Positions 12,077 through 23,806 of a stretch of DNA of 64,000 bases are shown one piece after another. Position numbers and translations under genes: made by a program. Each line of letters opens with the position of its first letter. Within the stretch, counting starts at the first letter, position 1. Under the pieces are notes generated by a model, which was not told where the DNA came from, did not search any database, and worked only from the letters and a program-made list of their open reading frames with translations. Source of the stretch: Pocillopora damicornis. Its lineage: Eukaryota. The stretch is from contig NW_020843834.1 in NCBI RefSeq assembly GCF_003704095.1, positions 992,001 to 1,056,000 on the forward strand, written 5' to 3'.

Positions 12077-14714
12077 ATGGGAGTAACTTGGTGAGTTATG
12101 AAATCAGTAGAACATTAAATTGAGGCGATCTTTGCTCGAAACAGCGTAGTACTGTCAAAGAGCGTGTTCCTTTTTGGGAGAACGGCAGAAAGAAAATTTA
12201 TAAACGCTGCTTTGCTTGGGATTTCCAATACAAGCATTTGCTCTCCAGTAAGATACTTTGTGTATCATATGATCGCTGAATGCTATAGATGTGTGCGCTC
12301 GAACCAAGTACTGTAGTCCATAATCACGAAGAAAAAAGTAATGTTCTCATTATTAACTCTTCCCATATTAAAAGGCGCCAAAGCCTATCGTTGTTGCGCC
12401 ACAAAAATTACTCAGAATTTCACCACGTCACTACTTGAAACTTGGCAAGAGACTCGAGTCCCAAACTGATCTTAATTTGAGCAATTTTTGAAGTTTGCCA
12501 CCTCTGTAAGCTGTGGTTAAGTTTTTAGGGCTAGCATTGCAAAAGATCGTGATTGTGTGCACTCGAATCAAGTACTGTAGTCCATAATCAAGAAGAAAAA
12601 AGTAATGTTCTCATTATTAACTCTTCCCATATTAAAAGGCACCAAAGCCTATCATTGTCTCTGAACATGTTCTTAACAACTCATTAGTATAATTTAATTT
12701 TAAGCTTGATTCCAGTGGAACTTCCAGAAGGAAAAAGTGGCCAACAGGCTCTTGCAGTTGAGAAGCTTCAAAAACGTGCCGAGTTAATGGGTGCTCAGAA
12801 GACTGGTAACTGGTGTGTCAACTGTGAGACTTACCAGGCAGTAACGACATTCAGTAAGTACAGAGAGCACTTAAATGTCCTTGATCTTGTCAATCTCTGA
12901 ACTTACTGCTATATTCCTCTGTAACACACACATTTCTTCAAATCTGTTGAGGTCTGAATGTAAGTTGAGTAGTCATGTGGCTGATTAAAGTGGAAAGGGT
13001 TGTCACCTTGAATGAGATGCCTTGACAGAAATATTCCTAATAACAATACTTTGGAGGAGAAGTTTGGGAAACGTGGAGAAAAATCTTCAGACTGCAGACC
13101 AAACTGGTAACAAACTGAACTTAAATATGATGCCTTTGCAGGAATGAAACTCAAGCCACAAGGCAGTGGGGCTGTTCTTACCTCTACTTCATATTTGCTT
13201 TACTTTTGCTGTGGCAAAGATTTGAAAGAAATCCTAAATGTAGCTTGAAGTCTAGTTTTCTCTTAAAAAGTATCTTGTTAAGGATACCAAACCTGTGCTC
13301 TGTAAAGATAAAAAAAGCAATATTGTTCTGTCAGCCATGAAGTCCAACTCCAATGACCTTCTATATCTACAATATTATCCAGTTTTTTGTTCTTCTTAAA
13401 GGTACAGCTAGCAAACTCATTCATCTGGTGCATAGTACAGAATTTCCCTACTCATCATTTGCTGTTCTGGAGACAGGCACATGTCTGGTAGCAGATTCTG
13501 GTTTTGATTCCTTGATGTCTAAACTTAAGACATTCTATGCACCAAGAAAAACATCGAAAATAGAGGTGAATATTTTGGTTTTGTAAAAATCAGTTAAGGC
13601 TTAGGGCAGCTAGTTTTGTAGCTTTTTCTGTTTCCTTTTCTTCTTACATTCACTTTGTGCTTGCCTCTGCTCACCTGCAAATGTCCTTTGAGAAGTTTAG
13701 ACAGTCGTCAAGAGTTTTTCATTGTATGTAAACTGACATCATCCCATAGGGAAAAACTGTTATTCAACAATTATTCACCAAAGGCAAAGTGAACATTGTT
13801 GAATGATCCCCAAGACAAAGTCCAAGGATTATTCAACAGTATTCACAAAGCCTGAGCTGAGTAATATTAGTATGATTGCTCAGGTGCTTTTGAATTCTGT
13901 TGTGAATTTGTTTTGTTGTTGAAACCAGTCTGTTACAATTGTTTTGATTCCTTGCAGCTGGTTTCCACTAGAATTTAACAGGTTCATTAAATTAAATCAA
14001 CTGAAACTTCACATCTTTCTATTGAAAAGTGTCATGCTAAACTTAGCGACATCTTTTGTGCTCCTCAGAATTGAATTTTTTTCTACTGCATTTATCAGTT
14101 CCTGCATAACATTAACAAAATACGAGGCAGCCATTTTGAAATTTAGTGCCCCCTGCTATAATCACCTAATGCAAGGTGACAATAGAGAGATATGGTGCAA
14201 TACTTGACCAATCAGAATGTGTGCATCTCCATAATCACCAGAGCAATTATATGAATAACTTTTAGAGAAAGGTGATAACCAAGTTTACACCTTTACACTC
14301 TTTAATGCTTTTCAGGCGAAAGGACATCGCTATGAGTTGGGAGACTTTGTTCTTAAGTTCGGACAAGTTTCTGCAGGTCCAAGTTTTAAAGGAATCGTTG
14401 TTGAGGTGCAGTAAAACAATATAGAGTTCTTAATTCTTTTCTTTGTTTTGCATTCATCAATTATTCATTTATTTATTATTTGGTGTTTGGTGTATTTTCA
14501 GGTGGAATATCTGCCCTGCTTAGATGTTCAACAATGTTGGGGATTGATCAGTGAGTTTCTGTTGAGCTTTATGGATCCTTCAATCGTGCTTCCTCCACCT
14601 CCCAAATGCAGCAATAAAACAAGTGAACTGTTTTGTCCATCAGACACGATACTCCAATACATTGAAGTGTTTAATACGTATAGAAAGTCTGCTGGAGCCA
14701 CTTCTTTGTCTTAG
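12077..14714 (+). CDS. MED20: Mediator of RNA polymerase II transcription subunit 20
   Basis: Exons 12077-12090 (MGVTC), 12705-12853 (LIPVELPEGKSGQQ...WCVNCETYQ), 13402-13565 (KLIHLVHSTEFP...CLVADSGFDSLMSKLK...KIE), 14316-14405 (AKGHRYELGDFVLKFG...KGIVVE), 14502-14714 (VEYLPC...DTILQYIEVFNTYRK). Phases are consistent and the protein is colinear with MED20. Confidence 0.95.
12290..12658. repeat. ~104-bp direct duplication (12290-12393, 12554-12658) flanking the 165-bp insert, MED20 intron 1
   Basis: tgtgtgc(g/a)ctcgaa(c/t)caagtactgtagtcc...ccaaagcctatc(g/a)ttgt occurs on both sides of the insert. Confidence 0.9.
13758..14250 (+). mobile_element. Dispersed non-autonomous repeat (possibly Crypton-like); inverted relative at ~48860-49357
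   Basis: ttattcaacaattattcacc...gtgaacattgttgaat and gaggcagccattttgaaat...caaggtgac match the reverse complement of sequence at 48860-49357. Superfamily is a guess. Confidence 0.55.
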
Positions 14715-14761
14715 CAAATAAACAGTCCAAAGCCTCTTGTATGGGTTTTGTATCTAATGAT

Positions 14762-14969
14762 CCATTTTGCAGTTGTGTGCTTGGTTGCCAAGCCTTTGAA
14801 CAGGAGTGATGCTAAGATTGACCTTTTTATGATCCAAACCTTGCTGCTTTTCAAATGCAAATTACTTTGTTATCATGCTAATTAGATACTGGTCTGTTTC
14901 ACAACAAGGTCACCTTCAGCCTCATTCAAAATCAAAAGCTTGGCAACTAAGTATACAATTGTGAAATGG
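14762..14969. mobile_element. MITE in the MED20 3' region
   Basis: Terminal inverted repeats ccattttgcagttgtgtgcttggttgccaagc / gcttggcaactaagtatacaattgtgaaatgg. Confidence 0.7.
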
Positions 14970-15833
14970 CACTTTATCCAGTTTAGATTGTAAAACTTCG
15001 AATAAGTGTAACTCGCTTCTCATGTATTAATAATAAGTGAAATCTTTTAGCACTTTTTTGACTGGTTGGGCACAATAGATGTAAATCAAAGTCGGGGACA
15101 AATAAGATCGACATTGATACAGAATCGAATAGCAAAGGATGTGTATCAAAGTTCCGCGCTTTTTGTTTTGGCGGAAGACAATGTACAAAAAACGTTTCTG
15201 AAATGCTCTTGATTTTATATGTTTCATTTATACACCAAATATATGTGTATGTTTCGCAAATAATGTGTCCCTGAGAGTTCGCTAAAATGTACTGCTAAAA
15301 CATGAAAATCATCGTCGCACATTTTGGGGCTGGCTTGATTATGGAGTTTTTTTATGAATTAGAAACAATAAGGGCACTATCTGTCCTCCTTTCAAAGACT
15401 TTTCAGGCACGAATTGACCAGATTTAAGGGATGCCGGCAAAGTACGTGGTGAGGGTTTTTCTTTTGCTGTGAGTGCTGACGAGAGATTGTTATCAGTAGA
15501 GTTTATTGTAAATGGATTCTTCTAAGATAGTTTCCGTTTGAAGGCGTGTTTCAGAAGTGACATTTGCACCTTCTTTCGCCTTTGAAGTGTACTATTTTAT
15601 TGGGCTTAGATTTGGGACACGCTCGTGAGTTAAGAGCGGTTGGAGAATTTGCTTTAGGAATAGATATGGAGGAGCCCGTCAGCTTCTTATCTGTGATAGA
15701 TTCTTGTAAGCATAATATGCTCTATGTTAAACCAATCTGAGGTTGAAAATGTAAACAACTGTTGAGGTGATACAGCTAAGATATGCATGATACTTCTTCC
15801 TCTAAAGGTGGTTGTTTTTCGTCAGTTTTGATA

Positions 15834-18619
15834 TCAGTGGACCTCGTCTTCTGCTGTCAAGGAAATCATCGCGCTTTCGTTCATGTAGAGGTGTTTTTCA
15901 GGACACCAGTTGACAGGAATAGAGTGTTGTGATTTCACTTGTGATTCAGCAGGACCTCTTAGGCCTATTTTAACCTCTTTACAAGGTGATTGTAGTGTCT
16001 TACACGGAGATTCTCCCGAACTTTTGACAGAAGCTGTATCCTTGAGATCAGTCATGTGAAGTTTCCCAGGCCCTATACCATAGCCATGAGGGTGCACGCT
16101 GCTGTTTTGATGTAAAGTCGATGGAGATATCATGCAATTTCCGTCTCCTATATTTATCACGACCTCCTCTCTCGGTACAACTGGCAAGTCGCTATATTCT
16201 TTAGATGATTCAGCCTCAGTTACGTTCAAAGAATTAAAACCCGCCTCTTCAGAATGTTTTTGATAACTTGGCAACTGCACGTTTGGCGAAAAGGAGAGCG
16301 AGGACTTAATGTTTTCGTCTTCTAGCACATTTACCACAACTTTGTTCCATGGAATCATCGGCATATTATAAGAATCTTCTGAAAACCTCACATCTCTCTC
16401 ATCCAACAGGATTTTAGATTCGTTTAGAAATTCCTTCAGAGATGCCTGAGATGTTCCAGAATCTTTTGATTGGCATTCATCTCCCTTCGCCTGAATCGTC
16501 AGAGAACTTGCCTTGTCTGTCATCACATTTGGTCTTGTTTCTTGACAAGTTGCCCGTGTCCCATTATGTTCCTCGAAGAGAAACAAAGTTCCCTTCTCTG
16601 ATCCTGCTTGGCTTGCAGAAAGACAGTTCAGCGACGCATTCGAGGAAGTCGAGCTGCATGGATCATTCGTGATCGGGAAAGTCCAATCTACAGAGTTGTT
16701 GAAAAGGTGTGAAAATCCAGTAACTGGGTAGTCTTTGGATTTGTTAGGCGTAGTAGGATCAGAGGGTTGGTCATTCTGGAAGGGAGTTGTTTTAGGTTCA
16801 GAATCTTGGTAAGGCTTCACCATCACTAACTTCGTTTTGTAATTGATTTCACCGTCACTAAGATCTCCATCCAGACTAGTAGTTCTTGTTACTTCAGCTA
16901 GTTGCGCTTCAGAATCAGCAGGCCTGACAAGATTACTTCTTTTCTGACATTTATTCCTGGGTAGGACGAGAACACGAAAAAAATAATAAGTATCGAGAAG
17001 GTTAATATTTAGTGTCTGGGTTGGTAAGAATCGAGCACACAAAAGTTTTCATGATTGTACTTAGTAAATTTATAAATGTATCTTGATTTTGTTCCGTATA
17101 TATATATGTATACATTGGATTTATTTCTTCTTTATTCTTAGCTTCAGTAAAAATAATATTTCGGTAGAGCGGGAATCTTGCTGAAGATAACTAGTTATCA
17201 TTGTATCCAATCCCAATTCAATCCCAAGCCCACCGCGATATCTTACTCCGACCCGATATAAGAACAATAAGATCTCTCCAGCTGCCACGTATACGTTCTC
17301 CTTTTTTTAAAGGAGATTCCAGTTACTTACAAAAAAATTACGTAATTTCTGTTTAGGCATGAACCCATTTTCATTTGAAGCATCTCTACACAGTTTAAAC
17401 CTCTTTATAGAGTGGACACTGACATTATTTTCTCTCAAATGTGAAAAAATCTTCTGGAATTGTCTTTGGACTTGCTGCTATCTCTAATAAAGGAACAATT
17501 TATCTCCCCTTAATCGAGAATGTACCTAACTCATTTAAACTTACCATATAAGGGCAATAACAGTAACAATGAAGGGAATGGCTAACACTCCTGCTAAGAC
17601 ACCGCCAACTACTGCAGCAGAACTTGCTTCTGTTTCATCTCCGGTTTTCGAATGAGATTTCTCACTTTTCGTTTTGACATGCTTTCCTTTTTCACCCGCG
17701 TGTAATTTTGGAGGATCTTGGAGGATTTTCCAATGCGGCCCTTTCGCTGCCTTCATTCTACGGCGAACGACTATTTTATTGTGAGTCATCGCTGACGTTT
17801 TTTTACGTAAGTGTGAAGCTCCGCTTTCTTGAACTCTATTGTTATCTTGTGGTAATGGTTCGCTTTTGTTGTTACTGTCAGCATGTCGTTTATCAGGCAT
17901 TGACATGTCCTGTGATATAACCTCCGAGGAGAACGCATGCGTAGAAAAGGACACTTGATCTGTATCTTATCCAAGAACAATAGCGTAGTACCATCATTAA
18001 TGAATGTGAGTGAATGCAAAGAGTAAGTTCAGGAAATCATATGATTGACACCAGTGCTATTTGTTACTTATGGGCAATGATCGTAGAGGGTTTTCATTAA
18101 TTACACAAGTCTAAGGCGATTATAGAACCGGCTAACTTTCTTAATAACCTTTATCTGATCAATCTTATCTTAATCTTATTATACGAAATCTTTTTCCGGA
18201 TAATTTGGCAACAACAGTCCTGAACACGTCTCAAAGCAGAGGAAACAACGAAGAGTTGCATGAGTGAATTAATTTGGCAATCCTTTTATGCATTGGGATA
18301 ATTCTTTTATTCATCGAGCTTATTCCGTCAGGATGGCTGGCTGTTGGTCTTGTTCATATATACGTTTTCATGGACCTGGATTTCGTTTCAATCCATAAAT
18401 AGTAGCAAACATCCAGCCATATCTACCTTGCACCTGGTCAATAACGCAAATTTAAGGACGATACTGTTTAAAGATTTGAGTTGTACACGTACAAACCTCA
18501 AAACAACGCTTCGTTGACGCTCGTGACAAGACGAAAAACATCTTTCTCCATTTCTTTATCGAGTTCAAAACGTACCATCTCTCTTACTCTAATTTGTATA
18601 GGTAATCACATGATTTCGA

Positions 18620-18655
<36 letters not shown>

Positions 18656-18657
18656 TT

Positions 18658-18690
<33 letters not shown>

Positions 18691-19780
18691 GAGTGCAATT
18701 TGTGGTCTTTGAAAAAATTAACAATTGCTTGTTTATTCCAAATTGCACGAGAAAAATCATGTGATTACGTGTTAATAATATACATGGGAAAATACGAGAT
18801 GGCTTATCATAATTAAACATAAGCAAAGCGCTCGCGTCAAGTGCAAAAATCATTTATTCAAACCTTGCGTTCGGTCAAAACAACCGCGTACGATCAAAAT
18901 AATAATAAATTATGCAATGATATCTTCACATCTTTAAGGTGCTAAAAAGTTCAAAGTCCGGCTAAACAGTTCAAGGAATTGTTCAGTCTGTGTCCTAATC
19001 ACTTTCGATGAAATGGAATCGTCGTTTCCGGGGTTTAATCATGTTTGTTTTTAATTTCGGCGTGTGATCGCTCGAGCAAAGTGTGTGTTAAACTGGGTCG
19101 GCTCGTAATTTTCGATTTCCTCGGCAATTCCCTTCTCTAAACACCACTTTTTCCAAACCGACAACCAAAAAGCAGTGCTTTTTACAGTGTTTTCGTTGTT
19201 TAAGCTGTTTTTCAGCTGCGGTGGCGAAAGAAAGCCTACTTAAATCACCGGCCATCGTTTCGCTCGCAAATGTTCAAATGTTCAAATTTTGTTTCGACAT
19301 CCAAGGCTCGCATTTGATTGGCTATCTGTGAGTTTCTTTGATTATTGACCAATCAGAATGTCTGATTTGTTTCTTTCTTTGCACTGAATTAACCCTCTTC
19401 TGCACTGAATTAACTCTCTTCTGCACTGAATTACCCGAAAACTGCATTTATCTTAACCAATCAGAAAGTAATTTTTCCATGTATATTATTAGATGCTATA
19501 GAAATAGACCTCGCCCACCATATAGTACTTGTAGCTCAGTGGTAAAGTATTGGTACGGCGCGCGGAACCCGAAAGTCTGAGGTTCGATTCCTCATAGGAC
19601 TCAGAATTTTTCTTTGTCCCACGCTTGTGACAAGACGAAAGACATCCTTCTCTTTTTCTTTACCGACCCCTCCTGTTCTATTTACAAACAATGCTTAGTT
19701 TTCTTACCTTTACAAGATGCCGTTTCGAGTAACAGTAAACATTGAAAAAGAAAAACGATAAAAACTTTGTTCTTATTCAT
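15834..19780 (-). CDS. Orphan type I single-pass membrane protein (~535 aa) with a long disordered cytoplasmic tail
   Basis: Exons 19780-19708 (signal peptide MNKNKVFIVFLFQCLLLLETASCK), 17959-17545 (charged ectodomain plus TM AAVVGGVLAGVLAIPFIVTVIALIW) and 16956-15834 (NKCQKR... S/E/P-rich tail ending EDEVH*). Phases 1 and 2 are consistent. Confidence 0.85.
18598..19490. mobile_element. Intronic interspersed repeat (DNA-transposon-like) with an internal 21-bp tandem
   Basis: Internal inverted segments (aatcacatgatt...aatcatgtgattac; aaattgcacgagcccgtagggcgagtgcaattt) and three tgcactgaattaaccctcttc units at ~19380-19435. Confidence 0.55.
19530..19665 (+). mobile_element. tRNA-derived SINE
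   Basis: A box tagctcagtggt, B box ggttcgattcc, tail ctcagaatttttctttgtcccacgcttgtgacaagacgaaa. Related copies at ~18515-18590, 33160-33312, 36335-36510 (-) and 38950-39010 (-). Confidence 0.75.
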
Positions 19781-20619
19781 GACTCTGAGCTGTCTCGAAT
19801 GGTGGTAAGAAACAGCGCTCTCTCTTAGAGAGAAAATAATTTCTAATTGATGCGTCACAATGACAGCTCTTGCATCATTACTGGGCGCGCGCAAGAGCTA
19901 TTCACGCGAAGAAAGGAGAAGCACAAGGTGAGGACTGTGGAGAGTTAGGGGGCACAGATTAAGGCCCTGTTGAAGCCTGGGTTACAGTTTACCTGTGAGG
20001 ACTTGTAGGTCACTCACCATCCGTATATCAAATCTATTTCGCTTCGTGTCACTCTCGTATAAAACACAGCGGGAAGGGAGAGAGCACCTATTTCAAGTGG
20101 TGGTGAACAGGAAGGGCGTGTATTGGAAGCGAGGCAATAATTCCAGAATTTACGACGATATATAGTCATTCAAGGCGAGTGACGCGATGATTTACGAGAA
20201 CAAATCACCAATACTTCTCTTAGTTCGAGTACAGTATCATTCCATTCTCACCATTATATTACAAGCATCAGAGCATTAGCTGCAAACTAAACTTAAAAAA
20301 ATAATAACAATTTTCTGACAAACGTGTAGTTCATGACGGTAACTATAGAGACCTAGAAGTAAAGCATTCGCGCAATCTTCGTTACTTGATATTTTGAACG
20401 TTACAGAAAGCAGGCAGGTTCCGTATGACAGCAACTTATACTGAAAGGGTATCTCGTTGCAAAAACCTTACTTAAAATCAAGGGAAAGCTCAGACAATAA
20501 AGAGAATCCTGAAAAACACTTCTAACTCAGTTGTATTTAAATACATTGTTAATATCATATCGTGGTCAACTGATCCCTTCTTTGCATTCTCTTGGTTTTC
20601 TCTTCTCTTGTGGTCTTGA

Positions 20620-23600
20620 TTACCAAATATGTGTATCTCTCACTTCACTAATAATATGTCCTGCCCTCTGGAGCGCCTGCAAGGAAAAAGAACATTTAAT
20701 CTTGTAAGAACCATCTCGAGGAGGAGAGTTGCCAAAATACGCGTACGCCGTACAATTTTCAAAATAGAATGGCAAAAACTGAACTGTTCCAAAATAAAAC
20801 CAAACGCACGCACCACTGTTTGGGTGAGCAGCGACCTATTGAGGAGTGTGTCATGCCCGTTTGCTTTCAAATTTGTATGTTTGTTTGTTACCTTGAGCAT
20901 TTCCCCCGCCTCTTTCCTCTTGATATGCATCCGCTCTGCTTCCTCAAGAAGAATATTGAACATTTCATTCTGAAAAACAATGTGAAATCATGTTGAAATT
21001 CTTGTGTTATATCACGCCAAACGTAACTACATTACATAGACGCGAGGTCGAACGAGACTCGCCTCGTACCGACCAAACAGAAGGAGGAAAATATCGCTGA
21101 GAATCGATGTTCCCTTGAGCAATCACGTTTTCATCAAAAGGCTCTTATACAACCAACAAATTTACCAAATTGTTTTTGCGATAAAAGTGCACTTAAGCGC
21201 GAAGAAAGTGTGATAAACGTGCGGGGGGAGTGTGGTAAAAATACGGATGAAGTGCGATAAAAGTGCGGTGAAACTGCGAAAAAATGCAGTAAACTGCGGT
21301 TAATTGCGACGAAAATGCGGGAATAGTGTTGTATAAGTGCGACAAAAGTGCGGTTAACCTGCAATAAAATTGCAGTAAAAGTGCGATCACGATGCATTAC
21401 AACTGCGATAAAAGTGGGACGAAAGTGCGGGGAAAGTACGGTACAAGTGTGGGGAAAGTACGGTAAAGCTTTAGAAACTATTCATGCTCTAAACTCATTC
21501 ACCTTGTAAAGTTTCTCTACCAGCTCACTCTGAATTCTCTCTTTGACAAAGTTTACCAAGAAGCACATTATAGCTTTAGGTACACTACAAAATAAAATTA
21601 AGAAAACGAGATTTAAAATAGTGGAGACGGAAAAGTATTAATAATAATAATAGATTATACATTTGAAAATCCAGATCTCGAGCCCGAACAACGAGACTTG
21701 TGACTACACCTCGTTACCCGTCAGGCCAGAATTAAAGGTACTTCTACGTGGAGCACGGAGAAACTGTTATCTTATCCATGATCACAAGGATTTCGACCAG
21801 AGTTCAAAAGCAGAGACCAACATTCTCACATCTGGCCACCATGTCAGAAGATGTTGCAAAAATCAGTCTTCCTTGTTCTTTTCATTATCTCTAAGCACTC
21901 TAGTACCCCGTAGAGTTAAGCGGGGAACAAAAACACCTCCAAAGAATACTGTAGTCAGCATAATGATTCATATGAACTCACCTATCTTGAATTGATTTCC
22001 TAACAATCATGAAGTACGACTTAATTAATTTCCCTAGAAAATAGTAAAAGAAAATTATAAGATGGGCCGTGTTCAACATGTCAGTGTGCGAGCCTGAAAA
22101 ACCAGTACATTGGTTCACTTCCCTGCGTAAAATCAATACCAAAGGCAAAACAAAATGTCTTCTAACTTAGTTTGATTTGTTTCATTTGGCTTATCCTTTC
22201 TTCAAATAAGTTTCTAACCGTAAACTTTCGTAGTTGTGCGATGTGACTTCGCCAAAACAGCAGTCAAAATGACAGAGTTAGTCGCTTTGAATTTATCCCC
22301 TAAAAGGAGTGAGCCAGTGAATTTTTTGACCTCGTAACCTTGACCCAGTCTTCCTCGGTCGCAGCTTGTCTTCTGGAATGTGGGCCATTTACAGTTCATA
22401 GCAATAATTTAAAATTTTAGATAACTTAACCCGGACACANNNNNNNNNNNNNNNNNNNNNNNNNNNNNNNNNNNNNNNNNNNNNNNNNNNNNNNNNNNNN
22501 NNNNNNNNNNNNNNNNNNNNNNNNNNNNNNNNNNNNNNNCGACGTATCTGTCTCTTGACCAAAAGCTCAAATGAAATCTCCGGGACAAACAAGGCGGGCC
22601 GAGGACCCTGTGAGCGGGAAAAAAAATTAAGATTTGAGGGAAACTCATGTCTAAGTGATCTCATCAAACTGCGGTCTTATTTCTTACCGTTGCGTTTCTA
22701 ATGGCCGTCAGTATATCTTTTGTGGAAAGTCCTTCCAGGGCATCCATCTTTTGAAGTCTTTGGCCAAAGGTGTCGTGAAAAATGTAACATATCCTCGCTC
22801 CTCCACAACTGTTTTGGTAAATAAAATCAAAAGAAAGTTAGATAGTTTTAGCCTCCACTTATTCAACTAATTATTCACTTTTACTTCATGATTGTCTACA
22901 TTTCTTTTCCTTTTTATTTATCATTTATTTATCTGTGCATGTCACTTACAGCTCTGTTGTTTCAATATCACGAGCAGTTCCCTCGATGATGGCGCAGTAT
23001 GCTGAGGCAAATCTTGTGATGAGCTGAAGAAGTACTGGGCCCTGTTAACACAAAGGCAAGAGTAACAAGTAATTAATCGTTGCCTGACTTCTTTGCCAGA
23101 GTGATCAACGGAAATTGGTCTGGAAGAGCCTTACGTTTCATCTGTTCTGCGGGCCACATGTGGCTCGCTCCCAACGTCTGGATTCGTAGCTCAGTCGGTA
23201 TTATCGCCCAACTAACAGCGAGCTTTTGATCTGACTACGAGTACAAGTACGACTGCGAGATTTCCTCGCTAGGAGTGGTGCGCATGCTGTACTACGTGAC
23301 AGGTCACGCAAACTCCCGTCACTAGTTACGAGTCTTTCAGGAAATCTCGTAATCGCACTACGAGTTGAAAGGTGAGTCAAAATTCTTCTCTTTCCAGATA
23401 AGACTTTTTCAGGAATACAAAAAAGAAAAGGCAGAGAATTGTAAAGAAGGTATTTTCAGTAAGACATGACATCTATCTGTGAAGTGTTCTCTTGATTCTG
23501 AAAAAGCTACGCTCTTGTGTGTAGCAAGTTACAAATTCGTCACGGCAGACAACGACTACGAGAGGTAATTTAGTGTTAACAACTGAGTTGAAAATGTAAA

Positions 23601-23760
23601 TTAGCCACCGTAAAGGGTAAAAAAGCTGACGTTTCGAGCGTTAGCCTTTCGTCAGAACGATTGGACGAAGGGCTAACGCTCGAAACATCAGCTTTTTTAC
23701 CCTTTACGGTGGCTAATTTACGTTTTCAACTCAGTTGTTAACACTCAATTACCTGCTATA

Positions 23761-23806
<46 letters not shown>

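Noticed and set aside
15825-15836. Selenocysteine or read-through at the orphan gene's TGA
   Set aside because: A second TGA follows four codons later, no SECIS was recognised, and the downstream coding-like blocks are in other frames.
21030-21140. Possible intronic C/D snoRNA (minus-strand TTGATGA)
   Set aside because: No properly placed D box (CTGA), terminal stem or recognisable rRNA antisense element.
22034-22607. Apparent deletion of the Drp1 middle/variable domain
   Set aside because: Exon 14 runs straight into a 100-N scaffold gap of unknown size, so the missing exons are most simply unassembled.
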